In this document: positions 49,132-63,380 of the stretch, one piece after another | Layout of the letters: each line of letters starts with the position of its first letter | Numbering within the stretch: the stretch's first letter is position 1 | NCBI RefSeq assembly: GCF_035084215.1 | Contig: NC_090325.1 | Coordinates: 121,892,001-121,956,000 of the forward strand | Source: Heptranchias perlo | Taxonomy: Eukaryota | Length of the DNA stretch: 64,000 nt | Reading direction: 5' to 3' | Position numbers and translations under genes: made by a program | Notes under the pieces: model-generated | The model's database searches: none | What the model was told of the DNA's origin: nothing | The model's input: only the letters and a program-made list of their open reading frames with translations

Positions 49132-52100
49132 TGGAGCAATCGGTAATTGTGGTGGTCTCGACAATCAGGAGGGGATCTATGTCATTGGGGGGGGTCCAGA
49201 ACATCAGGGCGGGTCAGCCGATCGTGGGGGTTACGAACGTGTCGGTGAGCTTGTTGGGCCTGGTGGAAACGTTCCTGCTCCTGGTCCACAAGCAGTGCAA
49301 TAAAGGCACTTACCTCATCATCCGGCCCTTCTCGCCTCCTTTTCACTGGCGAGATCCACGAGCCCCGGGAAAGCATGCTGGAGGCGTAAAATTTAAAGTT
49401 AAGTCAAATTCAATTTATAAAGACCTACTAACGTCTCACAGGGACGTTAATTGATTCTAGAAATACCCACCCACCTGAACTAATTAAGGTCCTGACTGCA
49501 GTGAGTAGGCTACTCGCACACATCTAAATGCGCCTCCGTTTGTGGAAGCAATTTCTCTGTAGAAATGATTTAGCGTGTAAAATATCGACATTTTCGAAGG
49601 TAGTGCTCCTTATTGTATGATATTAACTGGAAGAAACAACATTTTTAAATCGAACTAATCTCTGTGCAGTGAGCAGTAGAAATCTTTGGCACTGAGGGAT
49701 TTTTCACTGGGTCCAGTTGGCTGGAAGTTGTGTTGAGTATAACACTGATTTATCAGTCAGTAACGTTGCTACAAGTGACTTTTGTTGTGAATTAATCTTT
49801 TGAGTATTTTTGTACCTTTATCTTCAAATGTATTCAAGTGATTAAAATAAACATGATTTCATATGAAGAATGTATTGTCACTGTTCTTCAATCACCAGCA
49901 AAACAGTCGTGTGTCTCTCCAGTAAATAAATTTAGTGGACTGACTAATAAAGAGAAATCTGTTCAGGATACACTTTAGACAATGATTGGCATCAACGAGG
50001 TGGGCAGGTTATTAAAATGGCAGGTGGAGGGAGTTCACACAGGGGCCTACTTTACAATCAAAACTCACGCCCAATTATGTCATTGGTGCCGCAATGCAAT
50101 TTCAACTCAGGGATTCGGTGGGGACGGTGGGGGGCGCTTCACGGGTCCAAACCAGACAGGCAGGTCATGGCGGTAGTCAGCAGAGTGGCCGGATGAGGCC
50201 ATGGTAACTATTTTTATTTAACTTTTCTGAGGATTTGTCTGGGTCTCAAGGAGCAGGAGTGCTCCCTCGGGCCCAGCAAGGAGTCATTGGGCCTCCCCTG
50301 CCCAGGCTTTCTTTCTCCCTCCCAGCAACAGCACCTGCTCTCAAATACCTTCAGCCATCCCAGCACTAACTTTATGCTGTTCTCTTAGATTCCCGGTGGC
50401 TTCAAGCTCCCATTCAAATATCTGCTCCCATCCACCGGCCTTGACGTCAATCCCACTGGTTTTGGGCAGGAGACAATGCTGCACTATTCAAATGGAGCCC
50501 AGGAACTAAAATGGTTTGAGCTTCACGCTCATATCTCCATGGGTGTTTCCCTCCTGCCCACACCCCGCCCAGGATGCCCTGATTTAAAATCACCCCCCGT
50601 AAGTGTTGGTTTCTCCAGAGTGAGCACTTGTCAGACGTTATACTTTTATTGAAGTGAAGTATTGGATAACTGTAACGTAACCAAGTTCTATAAAACTCTT
50701 ATTACATGTGTGTGGAGACAATGTCAGTTTAGAGATCTTTGTTCATCACTGGCAGGATGTTGGTTCCCCCCCATTTAATGTGGCAACAACCAATGAATTG
50801 ATGGGGTTTAAGATCCAATCTTCCTGGGCCACCGTTGCTAAGGACGCCAAATCAATTCCTGGGACCTTCATTGAGCTGAAGCTTTGTCATTGTTTTTTAG
50901 ACTTTCTAATTAGATTAGGATTGGTCCCGGTCATGTCACCGGGCAGATCGTTTCCTCTCTGCTGCCTGAATAATGCAGTCATGCGGTGTTAACTGGGATT
51001 GCTATTGAATTCTAACCAGGGGAAATATTATGGTGAATCGCCAAGTGGGAGGCAAGCATTCTGCAGACATTGGAGGCACTAATCTCCCTTAGGTGTATGA
51101 TCCGCCTGAATCCTAAGTGCTAATAACACTCAATTTTCTGGCCTAGACTCATTTGGATAATTATTCACAATTTCAGTGGAAACCCAGGTGGGTCGAGGGA
51201 TGAAACAACTGGGAGGAGAAGAAAAGTGCATGCAAGTCAAATTGAAAGGGATGGAGGCAATTAAAGAGGAGTGTCACAAGATAGGAGACTAAGGCCCCGA
51301 ATTTCCTGAAATTTGCACCAAAACAGCAGCAGAAGTGCAGCATAATGCAAATTTTCAGGGCGAAGAATTGAGGAAATTTGTGCCTTAGTGACTTATGCCA
51401 GTTTTATGCTACGTATCAGTTACCTTCATCTTTTGAATTGAATCAGCGAAACCTCTACCGATTCCCTCTGCCGTTCATTAAAGCAGCGCAGGACGCCATC
51501 TTGGTAAAGGGCGTATTGAACGCTGGCAGTATGCTCCTGGCATTTACCTCCTCCACTTTTCCTCCACTTTTCCCTCCAACATATGGCTGGAGGGCCTCCT
51601 GGCCCCCTGTGGATACAGGATGAACCTCCTTCTCTCCATCTCTTGCAACAAGGCCTGCAGTGCATCATCAGAGAACCTTGGTGCACACTCCCTCCCAGAT
51701 GCAGCCATTTTTCAAAGTATTGCAGCACAGATTCAGTTTTGAAACGACTCCCACCACTTCTTGCAGCCACAATGTACCTCCCCTTTAAGAGGTGCAGGCT
51801 GCCTTCAAGAAGCGCGAGCAACTCGCGATATCGGGACTCCCTGCTGATGCGTGCAGCCGATCAACAGTGCAATTAGCGCTGGCTGCACGCAGCAGTCATT
51901 TAAAACAGCAGGCAGCGTTAATGTAACCTTTTCAGGGGATTATCCAATTTAACCCTCGCCATGCCTAATGTACATAAATCGTCGTCTGATGGCTTCACAT
52001 TTTAATTTCGATACATAAAGTGGGGCTTCAATAAAAACATGGAGTAACTTCTGCACTGTCCTCAGGCCCCATTAGTTTAAGTTGATTTCCATTTGGTTTA

Positions 52101-52620
52101 CGCTGGTTTTTACGTTCCTGAGATTATCACAAATTTTTGGCGTACATTTCTATATAGAAGTTGTTAAAACAAATCAAAGCATCTTACAGCACAGAACGAT
52201 GCCATTCGGCCCATCATGCCTGTGCTGGATCTTTGAAAGAGCTATCCAATTAGTCCCACTCCCCTGCTCTTTCCCCATAGCTTGCAAATGTTTCCTTTTC
52301 AAGTATTTATGAAGTATGGTTATCATAAAAGGGACAAGACTACATTGTGTTAAATCAAAACTGGAAAAATAGAACGATGCCCTCTCTTGTGAATATTCTT
52401 TTCATTTATTCATTTTTTGTCATTTGCCTATTTATTGCTGAGCCAGGCAAACGTACGATACAAATATACAAACAGGTCAGGGAGCAGCAGAACATGTGAT
52501 AAAATGTATTGCTTTTATTACATCCATTTCTCTTTCAACAGTAATCGAATGAATAAAATCCGATGCTACTAATGGAGTCTTAAAACAAATTACCAGTGAT
52601 AAGTAGATGGGAGCAAAGCC

Positions 52621-52844
52621 AAACATTGACCCAAAGAGTTACTTGGTGTATAAAACAATCTGATTTCTTGGAATTCACACGGGTTCACCAACACAGGCTG
52701 CTGTTTGAATGAAGTCTGACTCTGGAACTTCCTTAACCACTGAACAAACCCCAGGGGGAGGAGTCACCACAGCTACACACTCAACATTTTCCAAATCTGG
52801 AAACTGAAACTTGAACCAGCTCCAGATATCCCTGAAGCTCTTAC
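52621..52844. promoter_or_regulatory. Candidate IFN-responsive enhancer, copy 5
   Basis: GAS 52665-52673, ISRE 52799-52811. Confidence 0.55.
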
Positions 52845-53979
52845 GACATCACCAATGTATTAATGGACAGTGACTGTGATCAATAAAGGCACTGACCTCA
52901 TCATCCAGCCCTTCTCGCCTCCTTTTCACTGGCGAGATTCACGAGCCCCGGGAAAGCATGCTGGAGGCGTAAAATTTAAAGTTAAGTCAAATTCAATTTA
53001 TAAAGACCTACTAACGTCTCACAGGGACGTTAATTGATTCTAGAAATACCCACCCACCTGAACTAATTAAGGTCCTGACTGCAGTGAGTAGGCTACTCGC
53101 ACACATCTAAAGGCGCCTCCGTTTGTGGAAGCAATTTCTCTGTAGAAATGATTTAGCGTGTAAAATATCGACATTTTCGAAGGTAGTGCTCCTTATTGTA
53201 TGATATGAACTGGAAGAAACAACATTTTTAAATCGAACTAATCTCTGTGCAGTGAGCAGTAGAAATCTTTGGCACTGAGGGATTTTTCACTGGGTCCAGT
53301 TGGCTGGAAGTTGTGTTGAGTATAACACTGATTTATCAGTCAGTAACGTTGCTACAAGTGACTTTTGTTGTGAATTAATCTTTTGAGTATTTTTGTACCT
53401 TTATCTTCAAATGTATTCAAGTGATTAAAATAAACGTGATTTCATATGAAGAATGTATTGTCACTGTTCTTCAATCACCAGCAAAACAGTCGTGTGTCTC
53501 TCCAGTAAATAAATTTAGTGGACTGACTAATAAAGAGAAATCTGTTCAGGATACACTTTAGACAATGATTGGCATCAGCGAGGTGGGCAGGTTATTAAAA
53601 TGGCAGGTGGAGGGAGTTCACACAGGGGCCTAGTTTACAATCAAAACTCACGCCCAATTATGTCATTGGTGCCGCAATGCAATTTCAACTCAGGGATTCG
53701 GTGGGGACGGTGGGGGGCGCTTCACGGGTCCAAACCAGACAGGCAGGTCATGGCGGTAGTCAGCAGAGTGGCCGGATGAGGCCATGGTAACTATTTTTAT
53801 TTAACTTTTCTGAGGATTTGTCTGGGTCTCAAGGAGCAGGAGTGCTCCCTCGGGCCCAGCAAGGAGTCATTGGGCCTCCCCTGCCCAGGCTTTCTTTCTC
53901 CCTCCCAGCAACAGCACCTGCTCTCAAATACCTTCAGCCATCCCAGCACTAACTTTATGCTGGGGGCTGTTCCCTTAGA

Positions 53980-54854
53980 AAGGATATGTTGGCCTCGGAG
54001 GGAGTGCAGTGTAGATTTACTAGAATGATGCCTGGACTCCAGGGGTTAAATTATGAGGAGAGATTACACAAACTCGGGTTGTATTCCCTGGAGTTTAGAA
54101 GATTAAGGGGTGATTTGATCGAAGTTTTCAAGATATTGAGAGGAACTGATAGGGTAGATAGAGAGAAATTATTTCTGCTGGTTGAGGAGTCTAGGACATG
54201 GGGATATAGTCTAAAAATTAGAGGCAGGAGTGAAGTTAGGAAACATTTCTATACGCAAAGGGTGGTAGAAGTTTGGAACTCTCTTCCGCAAACGACAGTT
54301 GATGCTAGCTCAATTGTTAATTTTAAATCTGAAATTGATAGATTTTTGTTAACCAACGATATGAAAGAGATATAGGGCTAAGGTGGGTATATGGAGTTAG
54401 GTCACAAATCATTGAATGGCGGAACAGGCTCGAGGGGCTAAATGGCCTACTTCTGTTCCTGCGTTAAGGGGAGATTTAATAGAGGTGTTCAAAATCATGA
54501 AGTGTTTTGATAGAGTAAATAGGGAGAAACTGTTTCCAGTGATAGAATGATCAGTAATCAGAGAACACAGATTTAAGATAATTGTCAAAAGAACCATAGG
54601 CGACATGAGGAAAAAATGTTTACACAGCGACTTGTTATGACCTGGAATGCACTGCCTGAAACGGTGGCGGAAGCAGATTCAACAGTAACTTTCAAAAGGA
54701 AATTGGAAAAATACTTGAAGTGGAAAAATTTGCAGGGCTATGGGGAAAGAGCAGGGGAATGGGACTAATTGGATAGCTCTTTCAAAGACCCGGCACAGGC
54801 ACGATGGGCTGAATGGCCTCCTTCTGTGCTGTATTATTCTATGATTCTTATTCT
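53980..54854 (+). mobile_element. Composite of two CR1 3' fragments (duplicate)
   Basis: Copy of 35122-35996. Confidence 0.85.
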
Positions 54855-57085
54855 ATCCCGGTGACTTCAAGCTCCCATTCAAATATCTGCTCCCATCCAC
54901 CGGCCCTGATGTCAATCCCGCTGGTTTTGGGCAGGAGCCAATGCTGCACTATTCAAATGAAGCCCAGGAACTAAAATGACTTGAGCATTGCGCTCATATC
55001 TCCGTGGGAGTTTCCCTCCTGCCCACACCCTGCCCAGGATGCCCTGAGTTAAAATCACCCCCCGTAAGTGTTGGTTTCTCCAGAGTGAGCACTTGTCAGA
55101 CGTCGTACTTTTATTGAAGTGAAGTATCGGATAACTGTAACGTAACCAAGTTCTATAAAACTCTTAATACATGTGTGTGGAGACAATGTCAGTTTAGAGA
55201 TCTTTGTTCATCACCGACAGGATGTTGGTTGCCCCCCATTTAATGTGGCAATAACCAATGAACTGATGAGGTTTAAGATCCAATCTTCCTGGGCCACCGT
55301 TGCTAAGGACGCCAAATCAATTCCTGGGACCTTCATTGAGCTGAAACTTTGTCAAAGTTTTTTAGATTTTCTAATTAGATTAGGATTGGTCCCGGTCATG
55401 TCACCGGGCAGATCTTTTCCTCTCTGCTGCCTGAATAATGCAGTCATGCGGTGTTAACTGGGGTTGCTATTGAATTCTAACCAGGGGAAATATTATGGTG
55501 AATCGCCAAGTGGGAGGCAAGCATTTTGCAGACATTGGAGGCACTAATCGCCCTTAGGTGTATGATCCGCCTGAATCCTAAGTGCTAATAACACTCAATT
55601 TTCTGGCCTAGCCTCATTTGGATAATTATTCACAATTTCAGTGGAAAACCAGGTGGGTCGAGGGATGAAACAACTGGGAGGAGAAGAAAAGTGCGTGCAA
55701 GTCAAATTGAAAGGGATGGAGGCAAATAAAGAGGAGTGTCACAAGATAGGAGACTAAGGCCCCGAATTTCCTGAAATTTGCACCAAAACAGCAGCAGAAG
55801 TGCAGCATAATGCAAATTTTCAGGGCGAAGAATTAAGGAAATTTGTGCCTAAGTGACTTATGCCAGTTTTATGCTACGTCTCCGTTACCTTCATCTTTTG
55901 AATTGAATCAGCGAAACCTCTACCGATTCCCTCTGCCGTTCATTAAAGCAGCGCAGGACGCCATCTTGGTAAAGGGCGTATTGAACACTGGCAGTATGCT
56001 CCTGGCATTTACCTCCTCCACTTTTCCTCCACTTTTCCCTCCAACATATGGCTGGAGGGCCTCCTGGCCCCCTGTGGATACAGGATGAACCTCCTTCTCT
56101 CCATCTCTTGCAACAAGGCCTGCAGTGCATCATCAGAGAACCTTGGTGCACACTCCCTCCCAGATGCAGCCTTCCTTCAAAGTATCGTAGCACAGATTCA
56201 ATTTTGAAACGACTCCCACCACTTCTTGCAGCCACAATGTACCTCCCCTTTAAGAGGTGCAGGCTGCCTTCAAGAAGCGCGAGCAACTCGCGATATCGGG
56301 ACTCCCTGCTGATGCGTGCAGCCAATCAACAGTGCAATTAGCGCTGGCTGCATGCAGCAGTCATTTAAAACAGCAGGCAGCGTTAATGTAACCTTTTCAG
56401 GGGATTATCCAATTTAACCCTCGCCATGCCTAATGTACATAAATCGTCGTCTGATGGCTTCACATTTTAATTTCGATACATAAAGTGGGGCTTCAATAAA
56501 AACATGGAGTAACTTCTGCACTGTCCTCAGGCCCCATTAGTTTAAGTTGATTTCCATTTGGTTTACGCTGGTTTTTACGTTCCTGAGATTATCACAAATT
56601 TTTCGTGTACTTTTCTATATAGAAGTTGTTAAAACAAATCAAAGCATCTTACAGCACAGAACGATGCCATTCGAACCATCATGCCTGTGCTGGATCTTTG
56701 AAAGAGCTATCCAATTAGTCCCACTCCCCTGCTCTTTCCCCATAGCTTGCAAATGTTTCCATTTCAAGTATTTATGAAGTATGATTATCATAAAAGGGAC
56801 AAGACTACATTGTGTTAAATCAAAACTGGAAAAATAGAACGATGCCCTCTCTTGTGAATATTCTTTTCATTTATTCATTTATTGTCATTTGCCTATTTAT
56901 TGCTGAACCAGGCAAACGTACGATACAAATATACAAACAGGTCAGGGAGCAGCAGAACATGTGATAAAATGTATTGCTTTTATTACATCCATTTCTCTTT
57001 CAACAGTAATCGAATGAATAAAATCCGATGCTACTAATGGAGTCTTAAAACAAATTACCAGTGATAAGTAGATGGGAGCAAAGCC

Positions 57086-57309
57086 AAACATTGACCCAAA
57101 GAGTTACTTGGTGTATAAAACAATCTGATTTCTTGGAATTCACACGGGTACACCAACACAGGCTGCTGTTTGAATGAAGTCTAACTCTGGAACTTCCTTA
57201 ACCACTGAACAAACCCCAGGGGGTGGAGTCACCACAGCTACACACTCAACATTTTCCAAATCTGGAAACTGAATCTTGAACCTGCTCCAGATATCCCTGA
57301 AGCTCTTAC
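57086..57309. promoter_or_regulatory. Candidate IFN-responsive enhancer, copy 6 (ISRE mutated)
   Basis: GAS 57130-57138 intact; ISRE reads GGAAACTGAATCT at 57264-57276 (A>T at 57274). Confidence 0.5.
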
Positions 57310-60300
57310 GACATCACCAATGTACTAATGGACAGTGACTGTGATCGACATTTGTTGAGGGAAAAAGTGATATCAGCACAAGTTTTCTTACATTATAGAA
57401 TCACAGAATCTTACGTGCAGAAGGAGGCCATTCAGCCCATTGAAAGAGCTATCCAATTAGTCAAACTTTCCCGCTTATTCCCATAGCCCTGTAAATTTTC
57501 CTTTCCATGTATATATCCAATTCCCATCACTAGCAGATTACTTGTGTGGTTGCTCTGGTTAGCGAGGGAGGGGGGATAGGCCTCGAGGTCTGAAAAGATT
57601 GGTGAGGGGTTAACAAGTGTTTGGTATCATTGGGATTGTGGAATATGGGGTCTGGTTTAGCACATGATTCCTGGATCTCAATGTTAACCCCCACATGATG
57701 GGTGGGAGAGAGTCGGAGTGGGGGGGTTAAAAAATTAAAACGGGGACTGCGTCCGGAAACCATCGCGTCCGTGCCCAGTGCCATTTTTACAGCGGGGGTT
57801 AGAGTGACATGAGAGTCTCCCACCCTCGAGGGATGGGACATTTTATTAACATATTTAAATCAGGCTCCCCCGGTCCCTCAAAGAAGCCTTCGGCCTCCCC
57901 ACTGCTTAACGCGGCCTCTCTCTACCCTCTACTACGACCACCCCCACAAAAGCTCCGTACTCTCGCTCCCTCCCTCCCGATGACTGCTCTCTTCCACCCC
58001 CCCCACAAGCCCCGTTCTGTAGCTCCCTCCATCCCGATTGCCACGGAGAGCCCCGAAGTTTCCTCTTCTGCCTCCTCCTGCCACTGGTTTTCCCGTCCAG
58101 CCAGCCTGTCAATTTGGCAGAAAATGGAAGGAAAACATTTGAATGAGATGCTGCCGTTAAATTCGGCAGGACGTCCGCGTCCCCGGCCTTGCCAGGTTTT
58201 CCCCACTACCGCAGCCCCCTGCAGACTCCCTGCCGCCCTGTAGATTTCAGGCCCCTGGGAGGCAATTTTAACTCCCAAAAACAGGTGGGTTGGGGGTGGG
58301 TGGGCAGTAAAAATAGTTTGTTTTTGGAGTGGGACCGCATCCAGGCTCAAATGCGCTCACTTCCGGGTTTAATCAATGGGTGTTTCGATAACAGAAACCT
58401 GGAAATCCGGTCCCCATTTAAAGCCGACGGGCCAATGTTGAAATGGGCAATGCGCCTCATTGCAATAGTTGAGGCACTTAATTTTTTGTGTATTAGAAAT
58501 GTCAAAGGAATTTTACTTTACCGTTCGGGTTTCCCATCGCTTCTGATTCACGTCAGGTGAAAGCAGGCGGGAGGGACTGGATCCATGAGGTGAGTCCCTT
58601 TATTGCACTGCTTGTGGGCCCGGAGGTGCTTCATCCAGGCTCAACAGGCCCACTTGGCGTAATCGGACCCACCCGATCAGCCGACCCCTGCACCTCCCCA
58701 TGGTGGACCCCCCGATGCTAAACCCCAACCCCCTGCTGCTGGACCCCCTCCGATCTCCGATCTTCTCCAAGGCCTACCCGATGTTGTCCACGTGCCCCCA
58801 CCTCTCCCCACCCACCAATTTCTTCCACGGCGCATGATCGCTCTCTCCTTCTCTCCCCCTTCTCCGATTTGCGACTCCTTTCCCTCCTGACAGACAACCA
58901 TCCTGTCAATCTGGCTGACTGATGTGTGGGAAACCCGGAAGCACAAATACCTACCTTCAATTGAGTTGTGATCGGATATCGTGATGCACTCACTTGACTT
59001 CTGGGTGCCCCATGTAAATATCTACGCACACACTGGGTTCCCAGTCCGAGCTTAAATCATGCCCCACACGTAGTAACACTGAGATGGAGATCCTGATGTC
59101 TGATGAAAAGAGACAGCCTGACAGCTCGGGCAAGATAGGAGACAGCACTTCAGGCAGGTATGGGTATAGGACAGGAAGATCACTGGAGGGGGAAGTGCTG
59201 TAATCATTGAAATGAATTTAAAGGAGCTTGGTACGATTATTGCACGTAATATCATATTATTTTTAATTAATATGAAACGATATTTAAGTTAAACCTAAAG
59301 ATGCTGGAACTGGTGGTTGGAGTTGTTGACAGCAGGGTCACTCCGAGTTGTTAGATTCAAGTCAGGAATTAGGAGAACTGGGGGGGGTGGTGTCATGTGA
59401 GAAGAAAGAGACAATCAGATAAATAAAGGAATTGGGTTAAAGGTAGTGGAGCCAAGATTTGTGGGGTGGGAGAGTGATGAACTGGAATAGATCACCCGCA
59501 AGAGGCCAGGAATCTGGGGCAGAGCCTGGATCCAACAGATTTAAGAAGTGGCCCATGGATTGATTGGGGTGGGCTGTGGGTAAGTCTTATGTTCCGTGAC
59601 CCGTGCCCGCAGTCAGCATTGAGGACATGTCAGGTGGTGTTCCCAGTCTGTGCTGTGAATTCCACTCAGCATTGCTTCGTTCAGCTCAGTAGAAGCCACG
59701 TCTGATGAGATTAGACATTGGCTCCATTCTGGGCCTGGTGAATTCTCCAGACAACTCAAGAATTAAAGGTAATCGATCCCAGAGGGGATGGATATCCTCA
59801 CACTGCTGGACTTTATCTTCCTGTGGAAAAGTTATTTTTAATTTTAATCTTGCACCTTTGGCCCTGTGAGGACCTCTGCCTCCCCCATCCCCATTGGAAT
59901 GGCAGGGTGCAGCTCCAATTTTATGGCTCATCCTTGGGGTGGGTACCTCTGCAGCACTGAAATAGGTCAGGCAGCCTGCTTCATTTACTAAAAGGGATCC
60001 AGCCCTGTGATTTAGGACCGGGCCAACATCCTCACCCGTTGTCAAATAGGATCCTGCTCTGCTGCACTTCCAGTGGTGGAGCCAGGACCCTGGATTTTCA
60101 GGTCAGTAAGTTTCATCGTGATCGAAAAGCATTTCTGATAGGTGTGACCACCCACACTCGCTCCCAGTGAGGCTCCTGTCATTGATCAATTGGAATACTC
60201 AATCTTTCATCCATTTTTATATATAATGTTGAATACTCTGACTGAAAACGCATTGCAGATGAAAATTCATCACATCAAACATCCACAAATATATCTGCAC

Positions 60301-63300
60301 CATTACAGCTTTTCACAATCAGAACATGCACTTTTTAAATGAGCAAAGATGTATCTCAGCTGTGCACCTCATGTTATCAAGTTCGAGGATGGCTCATTTC
60401 CTGTAGTTCACAAGTTTCAGCTGAGCGATGTGTTTCCTTTTTATTTTTACCCAAGGATCAGTTCCAAGTCTGTAAATTGACCTCGTCCCGTGGGTCAAAT
60501 ACAAAATGTGGAACTGGAATATTCTGCAGTCAATCTGAAACTGTTACCTGGGGAAAAACAGCTAATGTACGATTAATCATACCTTGTGATATGTGGATCT
60601 CTGCAAAGTCTCAACCGCATTTTAACTTTGTGTCAATCATGGCTGTTTAATCAAAAAACAATTGAGAAAATATCCACTAACTAAAGAATATTCAGGGATG
60701 AGAAAAGGTCACTTTGCCCATTGAGCTCATCACTGGTATTTATTAACTCACTCAACCTAAAATCCCACAGCATCTGGAACTTGTCTAAAGTCTCTGATTT
60801 CATTACCCTGCCTGGCACATTATTTGAAATGTTTATCACCTTTTGAGTGAAAGATTTTTTTCTAAAATGTTTCAATGTACTTTTTACTATTTTAAACATA
60901 TGTTCTCCTATTCAGCCGTCCTGACTGACCTTCCAGCAATATTGTGGGCTTACCTTATTTATGCTATTTGAAAGCATATAAGCAGTAGCGAGATCTCCCA
61001 TTCACCAAAGTTTTGGCTTTATGAGCTGTGATTGTATATTAAAAATAGAATGATAGAATATGCAAATGACTGCTGTCAAATTTTGAAAAATGTCAGCAGA
61101 TATTATAATAAATGATCAAGATTCTCTTCTGTTGTTAAATATATGAACCTCCTTTTGTATCTTCAGAACTACATACATTGGAAAGAATTACAAGGAATGG
61201 GTATGGAACAAATTTCAATACCCATTGACGTAGTGTTCACTAATATACCACTAGTCCCTGTATAATATAATACAGCCCTTACTGCAATAACAACTGAAGT
61301 AATACTCTTTCATTTACAACAGCTCCTGATGGAGCATGTAGGGACAATGAGACTCTAACATAGGAAATATACACAGTAAAATGTTCTCTCCATCGCTTGC
61401 ATGTCTCGATCGAAACTCCCTCATGTGAACAACCTTAGTTGTCACATTCCCATACTTCATGACACCTGATGCCTATTCTCTCTAATGTTGAAATAAAGGA
61501 ATATAAAACACCTTGCACGCTTTTAACTATGACCCACATACAATTTGATAAATCGAGTCCAGGGTACATTACTGCATGGCATTCAGATCTGTGTTAAATT
61601 GTAGAATTACTCAGCACAAACATCTCTAGTAATGACAGAGTTTGCATAAAAAGCAGGTGTTCGTATGGAGACTTCAAGTAGATTATGAGTCACGAGGCCT
61701 ACTTGCCTGTTCCAGTGGTTCGGGTGGATGATAATGTTTCCATGATACTAATCACAGATGAGGAGCGAGTTCTCCTCCTGTTCTGGCCAACATTTCTCTT
61801 CAGCCAACACCACCAAAAATAGGGTAAATTGTCACGATAAGGTGCTATTTAAATGCAATTGTTTTTTCTTAAGATTCTACTAAGATAAAGAGCTATCAGA
61901 AGTTTAAACTTATTTATTAATGCACAAATTCAAAATTTCTTTGACAACTCTACCAGGGAATGAGCCATCCAAGTAACATTACTGGTGCATTCTCCAACTG
62001 GAATCAACTGCATTTAGCTTTGAAATGTACCCCTTGGTTCCGGCCTGACTGCACCATATTGTATGTTTGGCATCGTCCTGCACTGAGAAATATTTCACAG
62101 AATTCAATTAATCAGCCATGTCTCATAAATCTACTGTAATTCTTTGTGGAAGTAACCAAATCAGTGGTTGAGTCCTTTTTGAATGGTCTCGAAAGGGTTA
62201 ATTCTCTGATTGGGTGCTCCCGGTGAGGAATGGTACTTGCAGGGTGCAATGGTGGGAAATCATGGCCAAGGAATGGGATCGCATTGCATCCATTTTGCGG
62301 GGTCCATCATGGCGGGAAGCTTGTGCGTGCTCATTTCACGATGGAAGTGCACTGCCCACCATATTGGTAATGGCTCCTCCATCAGCGTCCAGGGTGCTCG
62401 CCAGAAATAGACGTCAGTCTCTTTGCATGTACAAATCGGGGTGGGGGGTGAGTTAGTGCATGTGTAAGGCACCTTGCCAAAATTGGATTGTGCATGATCA
62501 CAACATCTGCCATGCCTGCTGCGGTCAGTTTCTTCTGTCACTTGGCTGCGAAACCAGTGATCCAATGGAGGCTGCTACCAGAAAGGTAAGTTTTCATTTG
62601 TTTACTTACCTTATTGTGGAGCCGGCTGCTGCCAGGCACAGCTCAAAGCACCTCCACCCCCCCTGCCCACAACCCCCCCCCCCTGGACTGTTCTTACGAC
62701 CACAGATGGTGTCCGAGCCGGCCGATCTTTGTGCCTCCTGGAAACGGCGAGCTGACTCCAGGGCCGCGACTGGTGCCTTCAGCTGGCCGGGAATAAACAA
62801 ATGAAACCGGTGGACCAATTTCCCATGGGAGCTGCCACTTTCTTCTTTTGGCACGTGTCGCGTGCGGTGCACCAAATCTTGCTCAGAATTGGGCGCAATC
62901 CGATTTCTAGGTCCCTGAGCCAATAGTGTATTCTTCCATTTGATCAAATCCACAATGCCTCTCTTCGGGAGACCGAGTTCAAAGCTTCTTCCCTTAAACC
63001 TCATCATTTTGAATGAAATTATAATCACCTCCAATCTCCCATTAAGTGACTGCAATGTGGTGACTTCTGTACATTTTGATGTGGGGAAGTCACGATCTAA
63101 CCACATTCTGCACTGTATTTATTGGGTACATTTTCAGACACTGGGGGGTAATTTTAACCCCCAAGAATGGGTGGGTTGGGGGCTGGTGCGCAGTAAAAAT
63201 AGTTGATTTTTGTAGTGGGACCACATCCCGGCTCCAACAGTCCCTCTTTCGGGTTTAACGCAGGTGCATTTCGATAACAGAAACCCAAAAATCCCGTCCC

Positions 63301-63380
63301 CACTTAAAGTTGGCGGGATGATATTTAAAGGGGCAATGTACCTCATTGCGATAGTTGAGGCACTTAATTCTTTGTGTATT

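Larger units (their letters stand above)
49298..57346 (+). repeat. Internal tandem duplication within unit 3
   Basis: Same structure as 30440-38489; junction at 52881. Confidence 0.92.
44525..63380 (+). repeat. Tandem segmental duplication unit 3 containing chemokine copy 3
   Basis: Near-identical to 25669-44524 with scattered SNPs and small indels. Confidence 0.95.
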
